The translations under genes were made by a program, and so were the position numbers. From an archaeon (GTDB lineage Archaea; Nanobdellota; Nanobdellia; Pacearchaeales; GW2011-AR1), in contig JAZDPV010000003.1 of assembly GCA_043797265.1 (NCBI GenBank), forward strand, positions 1-37,556: a DNA stretch of 37,556 nucleotides, read 5' to 3'. Under the pieces are notes generated by a model. The model searched no databases. It had not been told where the DNA came from and was given only the letters and a program-made list of their open reading frames with translations. Positions 27,934 to 36,436 of the stretch are shown here, piece after piece (the first letter of the stretch is position 1; each line of letters opens with the position of its first letter).

Positions 27934-28296
27934 ATGATGAAAACCCAAAGACCCTCGGTAAAAATGAAAACCTACGAACAAGCCAGCAGAGTTCTCAACG
28001 AATACGAAGAAACAAGACCGCACCTTCAATCTCTTGTGGAAAAATTTATCCCAGATGGAACTCTTAATCGTCGACATGCAGACTTCCAATATCTAAAACA
28101 TTGCGGAAGAACAATCAAAGGAGTTGCTCAAAAAATATTAGAATCCAGTAACCTAATAAAAAAAATAAAAAAACTATCTCAAATAGGCGAAACAGAAAAA
28201 GAATTATTAGAGGAGAGAATATGTATTCAAATGGACAGCTTATCGGGCAACTATCTTCTCTATTTAATAAGACAATATGAAAAAACCAAAGCCTAA
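27934..28296 (+). CDS. Hypothetical protein
   Basis: 120-aa helical ORF between polB and fen. Confidence 0.55.
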   Translation: MMKTQRPSVKMKTYEQASRVLNEYEETRPHLQSLVEKFIPDGTLNRRHADFQYLKHCGRTIKGVAQKILESSNLIKKIKKLSQIGETEKELLEERICIQMDSLSGNYLLYLIRQYEKTKA

Positions 28297-28337
28297 CCAA
28301 AAAACCTATTAACTTGTCTGCCTTTTACAAACTAATC

Positions 28338-29363
28338 ATGGGTGTCCAAATATCAGAAATCATCCCGCGAAAAGAAATCGAAATCTCAGAGCTAAAAGGA
28401 AAAACAATCGCAATCGACGCATTCAACACGCTCTACCAATTCCTCACGACAATCCGCCAACCCGACGGCACCCCACTAATGGACAAAGACAACAACATCA
28501 CGTCCCACCTCTCCGGCCTCTTCTACCGAAACATCAACCTCCTCCAAGAAGGCATAAAACCAGTTTACATTTTCGATGGAATACCTCCCGAATTAAAACA
28601 AAAAGAAATACAAGCCAGAAAAGAAGCAAAACAAATCGCCGAAGAACGGTATACCGAAGCAAAACAAAAAAAAGACATCAAAGAAATGAGAAAGTTCTCA
28701 GCAAGATTCGTGAAAATAACAGACGAAATAATCCAGCAATCAAAAGAATTACTCGAAGCATTAGGTATACCAATAATTCAAGCGCCGGCAGAAGGCGAAG
28801 CAGAAGCCGCAACACTCGCCAAAACAGGCAAGGTCTGGGCAGCAGCATCTCAGGATTACGACGCCATATTATACGGCGCCCCATATCTAATAAGAAACCT
28901 GACATCGCCACACCGGAAAAAAACACCGGCAGGTCTCTACGTCGACGTCAAACCAGAATTAATCGAATTCCAGGATGTCGTAACCAAACTCGAAATCGAC
29001 AAAGACCAATTGATATGCCTCGCAATCCTCGTCGGCACAGATTACAACCCCGGCGGAGTCAAGGGACTCGGCCAAAAAAAAGCACTGGAAATCGTCCAAA
29101 AATACAAATACCCAGTAGAAATTTTTAGGCAGGTCCAAAAAAATTTCAACTTCATTTTCGACTGGCAGGAAATTTTCAAGCAGTTCCACGAATACAAATC
29201 ATCACACACAGAAAATATCCAGTTTAAAAAAATCAACGAAAAAAAAATAAAAAAAATACTCCTCGCCCGCGATTTCTCCGAAAAACGAATCGACTCCGGA
29301 TTGCAAAAACTAAAAACATTCAACGAGTCAAAAAAACAAAAAGGCCTGAACGATTTTTTCTAA
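28338..29363 (+). CDS. fen: Flap endonuclease 1
   Basis: MGV start, IDAFNTLYQFL, TSHLSGLFYR, EGEAEAA, SQDYD, GTDYNPGG, C-terminal PIP box QKGLNDFF. Confidence 0.96.
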   Translation: MGVQISEIIPRKEIEISELKGKTIAIDAFNTLYQFLTTIRQPDGTPLMDKDNNITSHLSGLFYRNINLLQEGIKPVYIFDGIPPELKQKEIQARKEAKQIAEERYTEAKQKKDIKEMRKFSARFVKITDEIIQQSKELLEALGIPIIQAPAEGEAEAATLAKTGKVWAAASQDYDAILYGAPYLIRNLTSPHRKKTPAGLYVDVKPELIEFQDVVTKLEIDKDQLICLAILVGTDYNPGGVKGLGQKKALEIVQKYKYPVEIFRQVQKNFNFIFDWQEIFKQFHEYKSSHTENIQFKKINEKKIKKILLARDFSEKRIDSGLQKLKTFNESKKQKGLNDFF

Positions 29364-30395
29364 TTATCCTCTCACAACAACATAAGCCAAATATAAAATA
29401 TAAAACAAAACAAACACGACACCATCCTTCCGCCTCAAAGAATGATTCTTCCCGGTAAACATAAAAATAAACAGCAGCAGCAACGCGAAAAACATTATCG
29501 CGACGTCGATATAAATAAAATCAGGAATTATCATCGGCCTCACAATCGCGCTTATACCCAGAACCCCAAGCACATTAAAAACAGTACTCCCAATAACATT
29601 CCCGACGGCCATATCAACTTTCCCGCGAAGCGTCGCAAAAACCGAAACAACAAATTCCGGCAAAGTCGTCCCGAGAGAAATTATCGTCGCTGAAATCAAA
29701 AAAGAACTCAATCCAAACTGCTCGGCAATAAAAACAGCGCCGGACACAACCCATCGCCCGCCAAAATAAATAATCACAATTCCCACCACAAATTTCCCCA
29801 AAACTTTCCAGTTCAAACGACTAAACCCATCTTTCAATTTATCAACTCCTTTCTCTATTTTCATCATGGACCAAATATTAGTAATCAAATCAAAATCCAA
29901 CGAAACCCTTTTCTCTTTCTCGCGCCCGCCCATCTGCACAATAGAATACAAAAAATAAATCAGCAAAGCAACAAAAAGAAATCCCTCGACATAAGTCAGC
30001 GTCGCTCGCCCAAATCCAAATATCATTCGGCTCGAAAGCAAGAACAAAATAAAAGCAACCAAGAGCGCAAAAGGAATCTGCTTCCAGACCGTCTCGGTTT
30101 TGACATCAATCTTCCGAATCAGCGCAGTTGTCCCCAAAACCAAAAGCACGTCGGCAATATTCGCCCCGACAACATTTCCAAAAATAATTCCAGAAGTTCC
30201 CCTAATCGCAGAAAGAATCCCGACGGTAAGTTCCGGCAAACTCGTCCCAATCGCCACGACAGTCAGCCCAATTACCAAATTAGAAACACCAATTTTTCGG
30301 GCAATCGAAGAAGCACCGTCGACAATCCAATCAGCCCCCCTTATCAGAAAATAAATCCCAACGACAAACAAAACACACTCAATCACCATGACCAT
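29364..30395 (-). CDS. Ca2+/Na+ antiporter (CaCA/YrbG family)
   Basis: Two alpha repeats: GTSLPEL...GNVVGANI and GTTLPEF...GNVIGSTVFN. Confidence 0.92.
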   Translation of the reverse strand: MVMVIECVLFVVGIYFLIRGADWIVDGASSIARKIGVSNLVIGLTVVAIGTSLPELTVGILSAIRGTSGIIFGNVVGANIADVLLVLGTTALIRKIDVKTETVWKQIPFALLVAFILFLLSSRMIFGFGRATLTYVEGFLFVALLIYFLYSIVQMGGREKEKRVSLDFDLITNIWSMMKIEKGVDKLKDGFSRLNWKVLGKFVVGIVIIYFGGRWVVSGAVFIAEQFGLSSFLISATIISLGTTLPEFVVSVFATLRGKVDMAVGNVIGSTVFNVLGVLGISAIVRPMIIPDFIYIDVAIMFFALLLLFIFMFTGKNHSLRRKDGVVFVLFYILYLAYVVVRG

Positions 30396-30437
30396 CCACA
30401 ACTGCAAAATATATAAACTTAACTTCCAAATAACATA

Positions 30438-30686
30438 ATGATAATCGGCATTCTCCTCGGCATAAGCGCCTCAATCTCGCTAACATCGCTCATAATAATT
30501 ATCACAACAGCGACGGGGCTAATCAAAAAAAACCTCGCAACCGGCGCGGCCATCGGCACAACCACAACAATATCCTACGCATCAATCACCCTCATAACCT
30601 CTCTAATCGCCACCTTCCTCCTGATACTAATTCTCAAAAAATCAATCAAAGATAAATCCCATCCTCATCTCAAGCACACCATATAG
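30438..30686 (+). CDS. Small two-TM membrane protein
   Basis: 82 aa with two hydrophobic stretches. Confidence 0.5.
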   Translation: MIIGILLGISASISLTSLIIIITTATGLIKKNLATGAAIGTTTTISYASITLITSLIATFLLILILKKSIKDKSHPHLKHTI

Positions 30687-30913
30687 TGCACAATACATTT
30701 CAAATAAAAAAATTTACAAATAATAAACCTTCGCCTTCCCGCTGTCTTTGGATTTGATTTTACCGACGTCAACCAAGCAGCGAAGATAACCCAACAAAAC
30801 CGCCCGATTAATTTCCGGCAAAGCCACGGCAATCTCCTTCTGGGTGCACGGCTCTCCCTTCTTTCCCAAAAAAGAAACAATCTTCTCACATAGCATACCA
30901 TATAATGCACAAT
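30673..30913. repeat. 22-bp direct repeat flanking the small wHTH gene
   Basis: agcacaccatatagtgcacaat (30673-30694) versus agcataccatataatgcacaat (30892-30913), 20/22 identical. Confidence 0.7.
30714..30896 (-). CDS. Small winged-HTH protein (60 aa)
   Basis: TQKEIAVALPEINRAVLLGYLRCLVDVGKIKSKDSGKAKVYYL has the helix-turn-helix-wing pattern. Confidence 0.7.
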   Translation of the reverse strand: MLCEKIVSFLGKKGEPCTQKEIAVALPEINRAVLLGYLRCLVDVGKIKSKDSGKAKVYYL

Positions 30914-30945
30914 GCCCTTTAAAAATTTTACGAAAAATAAAAATG

Positions 30946-30973
30946 CCCTGGGTTTCCTTTCGAAAACCCAGGG
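30946..30973 (-). terminator. Strong hairpin followed by a T-run on the minus strand (terminator-like)
   Basis: ccctgggttt/aaacccaggg 10-bp stem; the minus strand continues cattttta. Confidence 0.5.
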
Positions 30974-30999
30974 TGGAGGAGGGTGATGAAAAGTCAGCA

Positions 31000-31385
31000 A
31001 AAAGAAAGCCCCATGAAAGAGGGAGCTACTTCGAAACTCTCCACAGGGCTTTCTTTTGGTCGTGCAGCGTCGGTTCTCCAGCAATTCCTTTTACTGATTG
31101 GTGTCTCCCACCGAGAACAAAACCGCTACACGAACCAACCCACCTTGACTAACTCACAGCGCTCCATCAACCATCTAATTTCACGAACCCGACGCTATCT
31201 TATTTCCCCGTTACATTATAATAACAAAGAAAGCCCCACGAAGGAGGTTCCATGAGGCTTTCTGGGTGTAGCACGCTGTTTCATTTCGTCAACGGATACA
31301 ATGTCTTTCGTAGATGTTCCCGCCACCGACAACAACACTGCTACACAACCAACCCTCTGTAAGTCAACTCTCACAGAGTTCGCTC
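31000..31385 (-). ncRNA. Two tandem ~160-nt structured modules (31001-31164, 31226-31385), putative ncRNA
   Basis: Shared blocks aaagaaagccccaYgaa, ggctttct, gtgYagc, caccga, gctacac-aaccaaccc, ctcacag, cgctc; same two-domain pairing pattern; G.U pairs work only on the minus strand. Confidence 0.6.
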
Positions 31386-31987
31386 GTCTATTGTCTGTCT
31401 TCTTCTTTACATTCGACGAACTTGGTCGGAACCACTTCTCCTAAACAATAGTAGGCGGACCATGGCCAACTCTCCTCATCTGAAGGTTAGTCGAATCCAC
31501 ACAGCACCTTCGCAAAAAACAGGTGCACACTTTTTCATTGCCCCGCGCTACCGAAAACACTGCGGGCGCCTTTCACCAAAGCCAACATTTCCAGACCATC
31601 CATCGTTCCAACCCAATCGCATCAATCCCTTTACCAGGTTTGGCAGGAATATAATCTTCTTCTCCTTACACGTCAATCCCCTAAGATTTAAAACGCAGGG
31701 AAGAGTCATATCATTCCTCTCGTCCGATGCCGGTCGGGTTGAATCACAGCGACGATAAACGGTCACACCAGCCATTCCCGCCACATTTTCTCATGCAGCA
31801 AAAACAGCACGACGAGAACCCAACTCTCCACCTCCTTTCACTTCCAAACATCTTCTAAACATGAACGTTCACGAATTACCGACAATACGCCTTTTCTATA
31901 CGCATCACCTCCTTTCACAAATGGGTTTGCGCGAAATAAGACGTATTCCAACCAAAAATCAAAGACACCCCCAACTAAAGAAATCAT

Positions 31988-32072
31988 TATCACAATTTCT
32001 GGAGGGTCGCTATATGTAGTCGTTAGTTCAAAGAGCAGAGCTCGATGTGATACGCCAAAGGCAGTTAATGTA
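31988..32072 (-). ncRNA. Structured 5' leader/ncRNA motif, copy A
   Basis: Homologous to 33403-33488; begins about 23 nt downstream of a TATA box (32095-32102). Confidence 0.65.
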
Positions 32073-32156
32073 TAATAAAAATAGGCGTTTCAACTTTAAA
32101 AATATTTGTATGATGACACCCTGCCCATCCAAAGATGAAAGCAGGGGCAATCGGAG

Positions 32157-32717
32157 TTACTCTTCATTACTTGCTATCGTCCCCCCGGACGGCTTCTCCT
32201 CCACGCGACGTACTTTGACCGTCACGCAATGAAAGGGCTGGTCTGTCTTGAATATCGCGTATTCCATCCCGCCCCGCTTCTCAACCCCCTCTCTCTCGAC
32301 CGGACGAACGTCGTCGAATATAATGAAGTCCTCTCCAACCTTCGCCGTCTCGAGTTTCTTGGCGCACTCTTCATTCACGTTCGTAAGGAAAAATAGAAAT
32401 TTCCCGCCCCCAATCTCGCTGTGGGTGTACACGTTCGCAAGGAATTTCCCTTCAATCCCCCTGACGACACACCCCTCAATGATGTACCTCACCTTGACGT
32501 TGACCTCAGCGACGACACCCCCTCGCCCCACACGACCAGTCGAGTTCAAAGAAGGAGCATCAGCAATAGCAAAATAAAGGGCAAGGCAAGCCATCACCAA
32601 AGAGATAACCACCAGTCCCGGAATCAGCTTCGGCATCCGCCCATCCCACCAATCTCTCCATCCCTCATCTCTCTGAACCTTTCCACTCTCACCATTACTC
32701 GTCTGTTTCTTCGCCAT
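32157..32717 (-). CDS. Single-pass membrane protein (186 aa), unknown function
   Basis: Charged N-terminus, one TM helix, beta-rich C-terminal part; GAAAGGA ribosome-binding-like site upstream. Confidence 0.65.
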   Translation of the reverse strand: MAKKQTSNGESGKVQRDEGWRDWWDGRMPKLIPGLVVISLVMACLALYFAIADAPSLNSTGRVGRGGVVAEVNVKVRYIIEGCVVRGIEGKFLANVYTHSEIGGGKFLFFLTNVNEECAKKLETAKVGEDFIIFDDVRPVEREGVEKRGGMEYAIFKTDQPFHCVTVKVRRVEEKPSGGTIASNEE

Positions 32718-32777
32718 GACAAATTTCCTTTCATAGAATACTATTCTCCGTCGACAACTCTTTGTTCTACCACAACA

Positions 32778-32948
32778 TCACCCCCCAACCGCGCTAATCA
32801 GCCAGTAAATTCCCCAGCAAATCAGCCCGACAATCACTGCGCTAATCACCCAACAAACCAGCACAAGAGCCACCGCCGAAACGGCCCAATGGGGAATCCG
32901 AATCCAATCTCGTTTCCCCACTCCACTACTACTTTCTTTCTCGCACAT
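32778..32948 (-). CDS. Small membrane protein (56 aa, below the ORF-track cutoff)
   Basis: Manual translation MCEKESSSGVGKRDWIRIPHWAVSAVALVLVCWVISAVIVGLICWGIYWLISAVGG; AAAGAAAGGA upstream. Confidence 0.6.
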   Translation of the reverse strand: MCEKESSSGVGKRDWIRIPHWAVSAVALVLVCWVISAVIVGLICWGIYWLISAVGG

Positions 32949-32985
32949 CTTACACATCCTTTCTTTATAGAATTCGTTATCTACA

Positions 32986-33261
32986 TCACTTGTTCGACTC
33001 CCTCAACTTCCTTGCCAAATCATCCCTCTCCTCACGAAGAACCGCCAGCTCCCTCTCCAACTCGGCAATCCTCGCATCCTTCGGCTCAACCCCCCCAACT
33101 CTCTCCAATCTAACCGGAGCCACTCCAAATTCCGGAAGAACCGCATTCATCACCGCCCCCGCAAACACCAACAAGAACGCCACCGCTCCAACAATGAGCA
33201 TCCAACCCAAATCCCCCAACGGCTTCTTCTCTCTCGTCCCCTCGACACTCACCTTACTCAT
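32986..33261 (-). CDS. Small membrane protein with C-terminal coiled coil (91 aa)
   Basis: TM helix WMLIVGAVAFLLVFAGAVM followed by KDARIAELERELAVLREERDDLARKL. Confidence 0.65.
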   Translation of the reverse strand: MSKVSVEGTREKKPLGDLGWMLIVGAVAFLLVFAGAVMNAVLPEFGVAPVRLERVGGVEPKDARIAELERELAVLREERDDLARKLRESNK

Positions 33262-33402
33262 CTCGCGCCTCTCTTTCTTTATCGAACTTATTCCAACCTA
33301 TTCCGCCAAAACTCACACGAGTCTCAAACACCCAACTATAAAAATCTCGAAATCCCGTCGACAAACAAGTTATTCTAACTTATTCCGGGTCCGCTTCAAC
33401 TT

Positions 33403-33488
33403 ACCGCAATCTCTGGAGTGTCAATACGAAGTCGTCAAAGTTCAAAGCAACAAAGTTGCGATGCGGTGCCAAAGGCCAAGTTAATGTA
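33403..33488 (-). ncRNA. Structured 5' leader/ncRNA motif, copy B
   Basis: Homologous to 31988-32072 with compensatory stems; BRE-TATA gaaaaggtttttata about 21 nt upstream on the minus strand. Confidence 0.65.
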
Positions 33489-33564
33489 AAACTCACAGAA
33501 AATCATACTATAAAAACCTTTTCATTGTAGTTATTATAAAGTGACAGACAACTCCGCCAAATCA

Positions 33565-33665
33565 TCTACCGAAACGCAAAGCATTTCGTTCTACCAAAAA
33601 TGCTTCGCATTTTTGTTCTCCCAGAAAATCAAAGATTTTCTGTTCTACCGACAAAGTCGTTCTAC
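33565..33665. repeat. Array of four small hairpins separated by TTCTAC/TTCTCC
   Basis: cgaaacgc-aaa-gcatttcg, caaaaatgc-ttc-gcatttttg, cagaaaatc-aaa-gattttctg, cgac-aaa-gtcg. Confidence 0.8.
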
Positions 33666-34324
33666 TTCCCAAGCGAATCCTTAATCAACTTCGCCTCGAC
33701 CGCCAAAATTTTTCTGTCTCTCGCAGTTTTGTCCGCATCAGATTTCTCCTTCGCTTTCTTCGCCATCAGCCCAACCGACTTGAAAATCAAAGAATAAATA
33801 ACTCCAACAATCACAGCAAACCCCAAAACAATAAACCCAATCCACCATTGCGTCATCAACGAATTCATCCACACAACCAAATCCTTCCCAAATCCCTGCA
33901 TCGCCAAAGTCGCTATAATCCCAGCCCCAATCAAACTCCACCAAATCCCCCAATCAAAAATCGAACTCACAGGAACAATAATAAACACAATCAGCAATAT
34001 CCAAACAATAAAAGAAAAAACAAAAACCCAACTCAACTCCAACTCAACTCCCCAAAGCACCTTCGTAACCGGCCCGACATATTTATTTATCTCCGCAATC
34101 CTCTCCTCCGCCTTCGATTTGAACGGACTATACTTGCTAAAATTAACTTTACCCGAATCATCCAACGGCGAATAATTCCCAACAAAAGCATTTACCGTAT
34201 CAACATCTCCAGAATCAGAACCACCCTCGGGCGACACCCCAACAAACGCATTTCCCCCCTCGACAAAAATCAGGCCACCAAAAATCAAACCAATCACCAA
34301 CAAAACAATCAACACTTTTTTCAT
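33662..34324 (-). CDS. Multi-pass membrane protein
   Basis: Signal/TM helix plus three further TM segments and a basic tail. Confidence 0.7.
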   Translation of the reverse strand: MKKVLIVLLVIGLIFGGLIFVEGGNAFVGVSPEGGSDSGDVDTVNAFVGNYSPLDDSGKVNFSKYSPFKSKAEERIAEINKYVGPVTKVLWGVELELSWVFVFSFIVWILLIVFIIVPVSSIFDWGIWWSLIGAGIIATLAMQGFGKDLVVWMNSLMTQWWIGFIVLGFAVIVGVIYSLIFKSVGLMAKKAKEKSDADKTARDRKILAVEAKLIKDSLGK

Positions 34325-34415
34325 TCTATCAAGAAGTATACGCAACTTTTAAATCTTGCTTTTGAAACTACAAAGTTAAAATAAAAGCTAATAAAGAAAG
34401 AAAACAAAAACCCCA

Positions 34416-34670
34416 ATGGCAAAAGAAAAAATAAATAATTATTTTGAAATTAAGTTCTGGAAAGATTGGCTTTATGCAGACTCGCTTAAGAAAAATAAAT
34501 TGGTTGAAAATTTACCTTTTATAAAATCTCTAGATAATATTAAAAAGCTACCCAAAAAAACAAGAAGAACTCTTTTGGCAATGAATCTAAATAGCCTTTT
34601 TGAAGATTTAGAACAAGCAGTTTATCAGAAAATCACCCCTGAGAATAAGAAAAATTCCCATAAAGATTAA
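34416..34670 (+). CDS. Hypothetical protein
   Basis: 84-aa AT-rich ORF. Confidence 0.45.
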   Translation: MAKEKINNYFEIKFWKDWLYADSLKKNKLVENLPFIKSLDNIKKLPKKTRRTLLAMNLNSLFEDLEQAVYQKITPENKKNSHKD

Positions 34671-34739
34671 CGACAAAACATTATTTAAACCTTCGCACAA
34701 ACCTCATCAATAAAAATAGTATAACGACTTTAAAAAAGT

Positions 34740-35459
34740 TTAGGATTCAGCCCCATAAACACCCTTAAGTTCTTTCCCCTTGAGCTCTTTTAATAACTTT
34801 CCTTGCTCAATTCCCTTCTCTCCCATTTCCCTAATCCCCTCAATTTCACCTTTAAATAATAATCTTCTAATCCCACTCATAAAAAAGAATACAAACACAC
34901 CACCAACAAATCCTGCCAAATAAGGAATTGATTCAGTAGTAATCCAACCACCATTCATAGTAATTATAGCATAAAAATACATAACCAAATAATAAGCCGC
35001 ATAAAATACCCACGTCATTCTCGCCAACAAAACACTCCGAACCCTAAGGCTAAAAATAAGAATAATAATAAACGGAATCATCACCAAAATCGCCGCACCC
35101 ATCGCCCCATATGAAGTCCTAACTGCTTCTAAAAAATTAGAAGGCAACCCCAAAAGTGCTAAGGCTGTAATTACAAAAGATATTATCCACTGTATGGTTT
35201 TACTACTTCCCTTAAACATCACACTAATAACGGAATAAATAATCATCCCCAATAAAAGCGCAAAAAATACTCGGGACAACATTTCTGTTTCTCCAAACAA
35301 CGGAGAAAGAATAGTCCCAAAAAACCCACTCGCAAAAGTAACAGAAGATTCAGCTGCTGCAATTGCATCATCAGTCAAATCCGCCCCCCAAACCCCAACC
35401 ATAGAAGATAAAAACATCGCAAACAAAACAAAAACAAAAACCTTCCTCTTATCAACCAT
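34740..35459 (-). CDS. Multi-pass membrane protein, paralog of 36437-37234
   Basis: Shared IY.VIS..MF...K.IQWIIS..I..LA...LP..F..A....YGA pattern. Confidence 0.75.
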   Translation of the reverse strand: MVDKRKVFVFVLFAMFLSSMVGVWGADLTDDAIAAAESSVTFASGFFGTILSPLFGETEMLSRVFFALLLGMIIYSVISVMFKGSSKTIQWIISFVITALALLGLPSNFLEAVRTSYGAMGAAILVMIPFIIILIFSLRVRSVLLARMTWVFYAAYYLVMYFYAIITMNGGWITTESIPYLAGFVGGVFVFFFMSGIRRLLFKGEIEGIREMGEKGIEQGKLLKELKGKELKGVYGAES

Positions 35460-35583
35460 TAGAAAAAACCTTCAGGTTTTTGACAAGCAAGGACTTCGTC
35501 ATTGCAATATCTAAAACACCTGCCCCCGGCATTTTATTCATCATCTCAAACCCACAGTTTAATTCTTTATAAATATTTCTACT

Positions 35584-35997
35584 TTATTTTTCAAACTCTT
35601 TAATAACTTTCTTAAAATCCTCAATCCCTTCTTTTATCATTTCAAACGCTTGTTTATCGTCGACCTCGCCATATCGATGAACCAAAATATTTCTAAACCC
35701 TCTCATCTTCCTCACTAACTCCGCACTCTCCCCAGACAACTTCCCATTCTCCTCCAAATTATCTATTGAGTTCCCCTCGTCCTCTGGAATCCCAAAACCA
35801 AAATCTGAATTAACTATATTACAAATATCCAAAATCAATTCTATCGACGACTCAATCCGTTTGTATATCCCGTCCTTCTTCAATCCCATCTTCTTAAATT
35901 CTCCAAAACTTTTCGGCAAACCCTCTCGCAAAATTTCCAAATTATCAACTATCCCGACAATTTTCTTATCAATCAAATCTTTCCTCAACCCAGACAT
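35584..35997 (-). CDS. hepT: HepT-like HEPN ribonuclease toxin (DUF86)
   Basis: RX4HXY motif GFRNILVHRYGEVD. Confidence 0.9.
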   Translation of the reverse strand: MSGLRKDLIDKKIVGIVDNLEILREGLPKSFGEFKKMGLKKDGIYKRIESSIELILDICNIVNSDFGFGIPEDEGNSIDNLEENGKLSGESAELVRKMRGFRNILVHRYGEVDDKQAFEMIKEGIEDFKKVIKEFEK

Positions 35998-36362
35998 ACT
36001 TCCTTCCTCCTCTCGACGTAATCATCAACATACTTCTTGAAATCTCCAAATCTTCTCAGCGTCTCGCAAGCAACATCATAAACAAACGTCCCTTCAGAAA
36101 AATACAAAAGCTTCCCTTTCAAAACATCCGCTCTCAAATACAACGGCAAGTCCTGAAAAATTTTCACATCATATTTGTCCCCCAACTTCCCCATCACCTT
36201 AACTCTAAAATCAAATCGTTCTTTCTCGCTCCCATCATAATAAACAGCCAAATCCACGTCGGAAAATTTATTGTTTTTCTCCGTCGCCATACTCCCAAAT
36301 AAAAAAACAAACTTCACTCTACCCCCGCCAATCTTCTTAATTTTCTCAATAACTTCTTCCAT
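35985..36362 (-). CDS. mntA: MntA-like minimal nucleotidyltransferase antitoxin
   Basis: FLFGSMA...SDVDLAV (GSX10DXD); overlaps the downstream HEPN gene. Confidence 0.9.
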   Translation of the reverse strand: MEEVIEKIKKIGGGRVKFVFLFGSMATEKNNKFSDVDLAVYYDGSEKERFDFRVKVMGKLGDKYDVKIFQDLPLYLRADVLKGKLLYFSEGTFVYDVACETLRRFGDFKKYVDDYVERRKEVCLG

Positions 36363-36436
36363 AAACACCACAACCAAGCGCAAATTATAAACTTTTCCAT
36401 CAACAATTTTATAAACATCAAATTTCTAATCCTTGA

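Noticed and set aside
31274-31340. Hammerhead ribozyme-like core on the minus strand (GUC ... UUGACGA-AAU-GAAAC)
   Set aside because: The core has U instead of the conserved C of CUGANGA, there is no stem II, the same bases pair better as a plain helix, and the sister module lacks the motif.
31462-31784. ORFs 31462-31758 (+) and 31548-31784 (-) as proteins
   Set aside because: No recognisable motifs, they overlap each other and predicted RNA stems; coding status cannot be supported.
32026-32037. Bacterial boxA-like TGCTCTTTGAAC in leader copy A
   Set aside because: Only TTTGAAC is kept in copy B and archaea lack NusB; treated as part of the unknown motif.
33565-33665. CRISPR array
   Set aside because: The constant part is only 6 nt, the variable parts are palindromes, and no cas genes are present; no CRISPR array was seen anywhere in the window.
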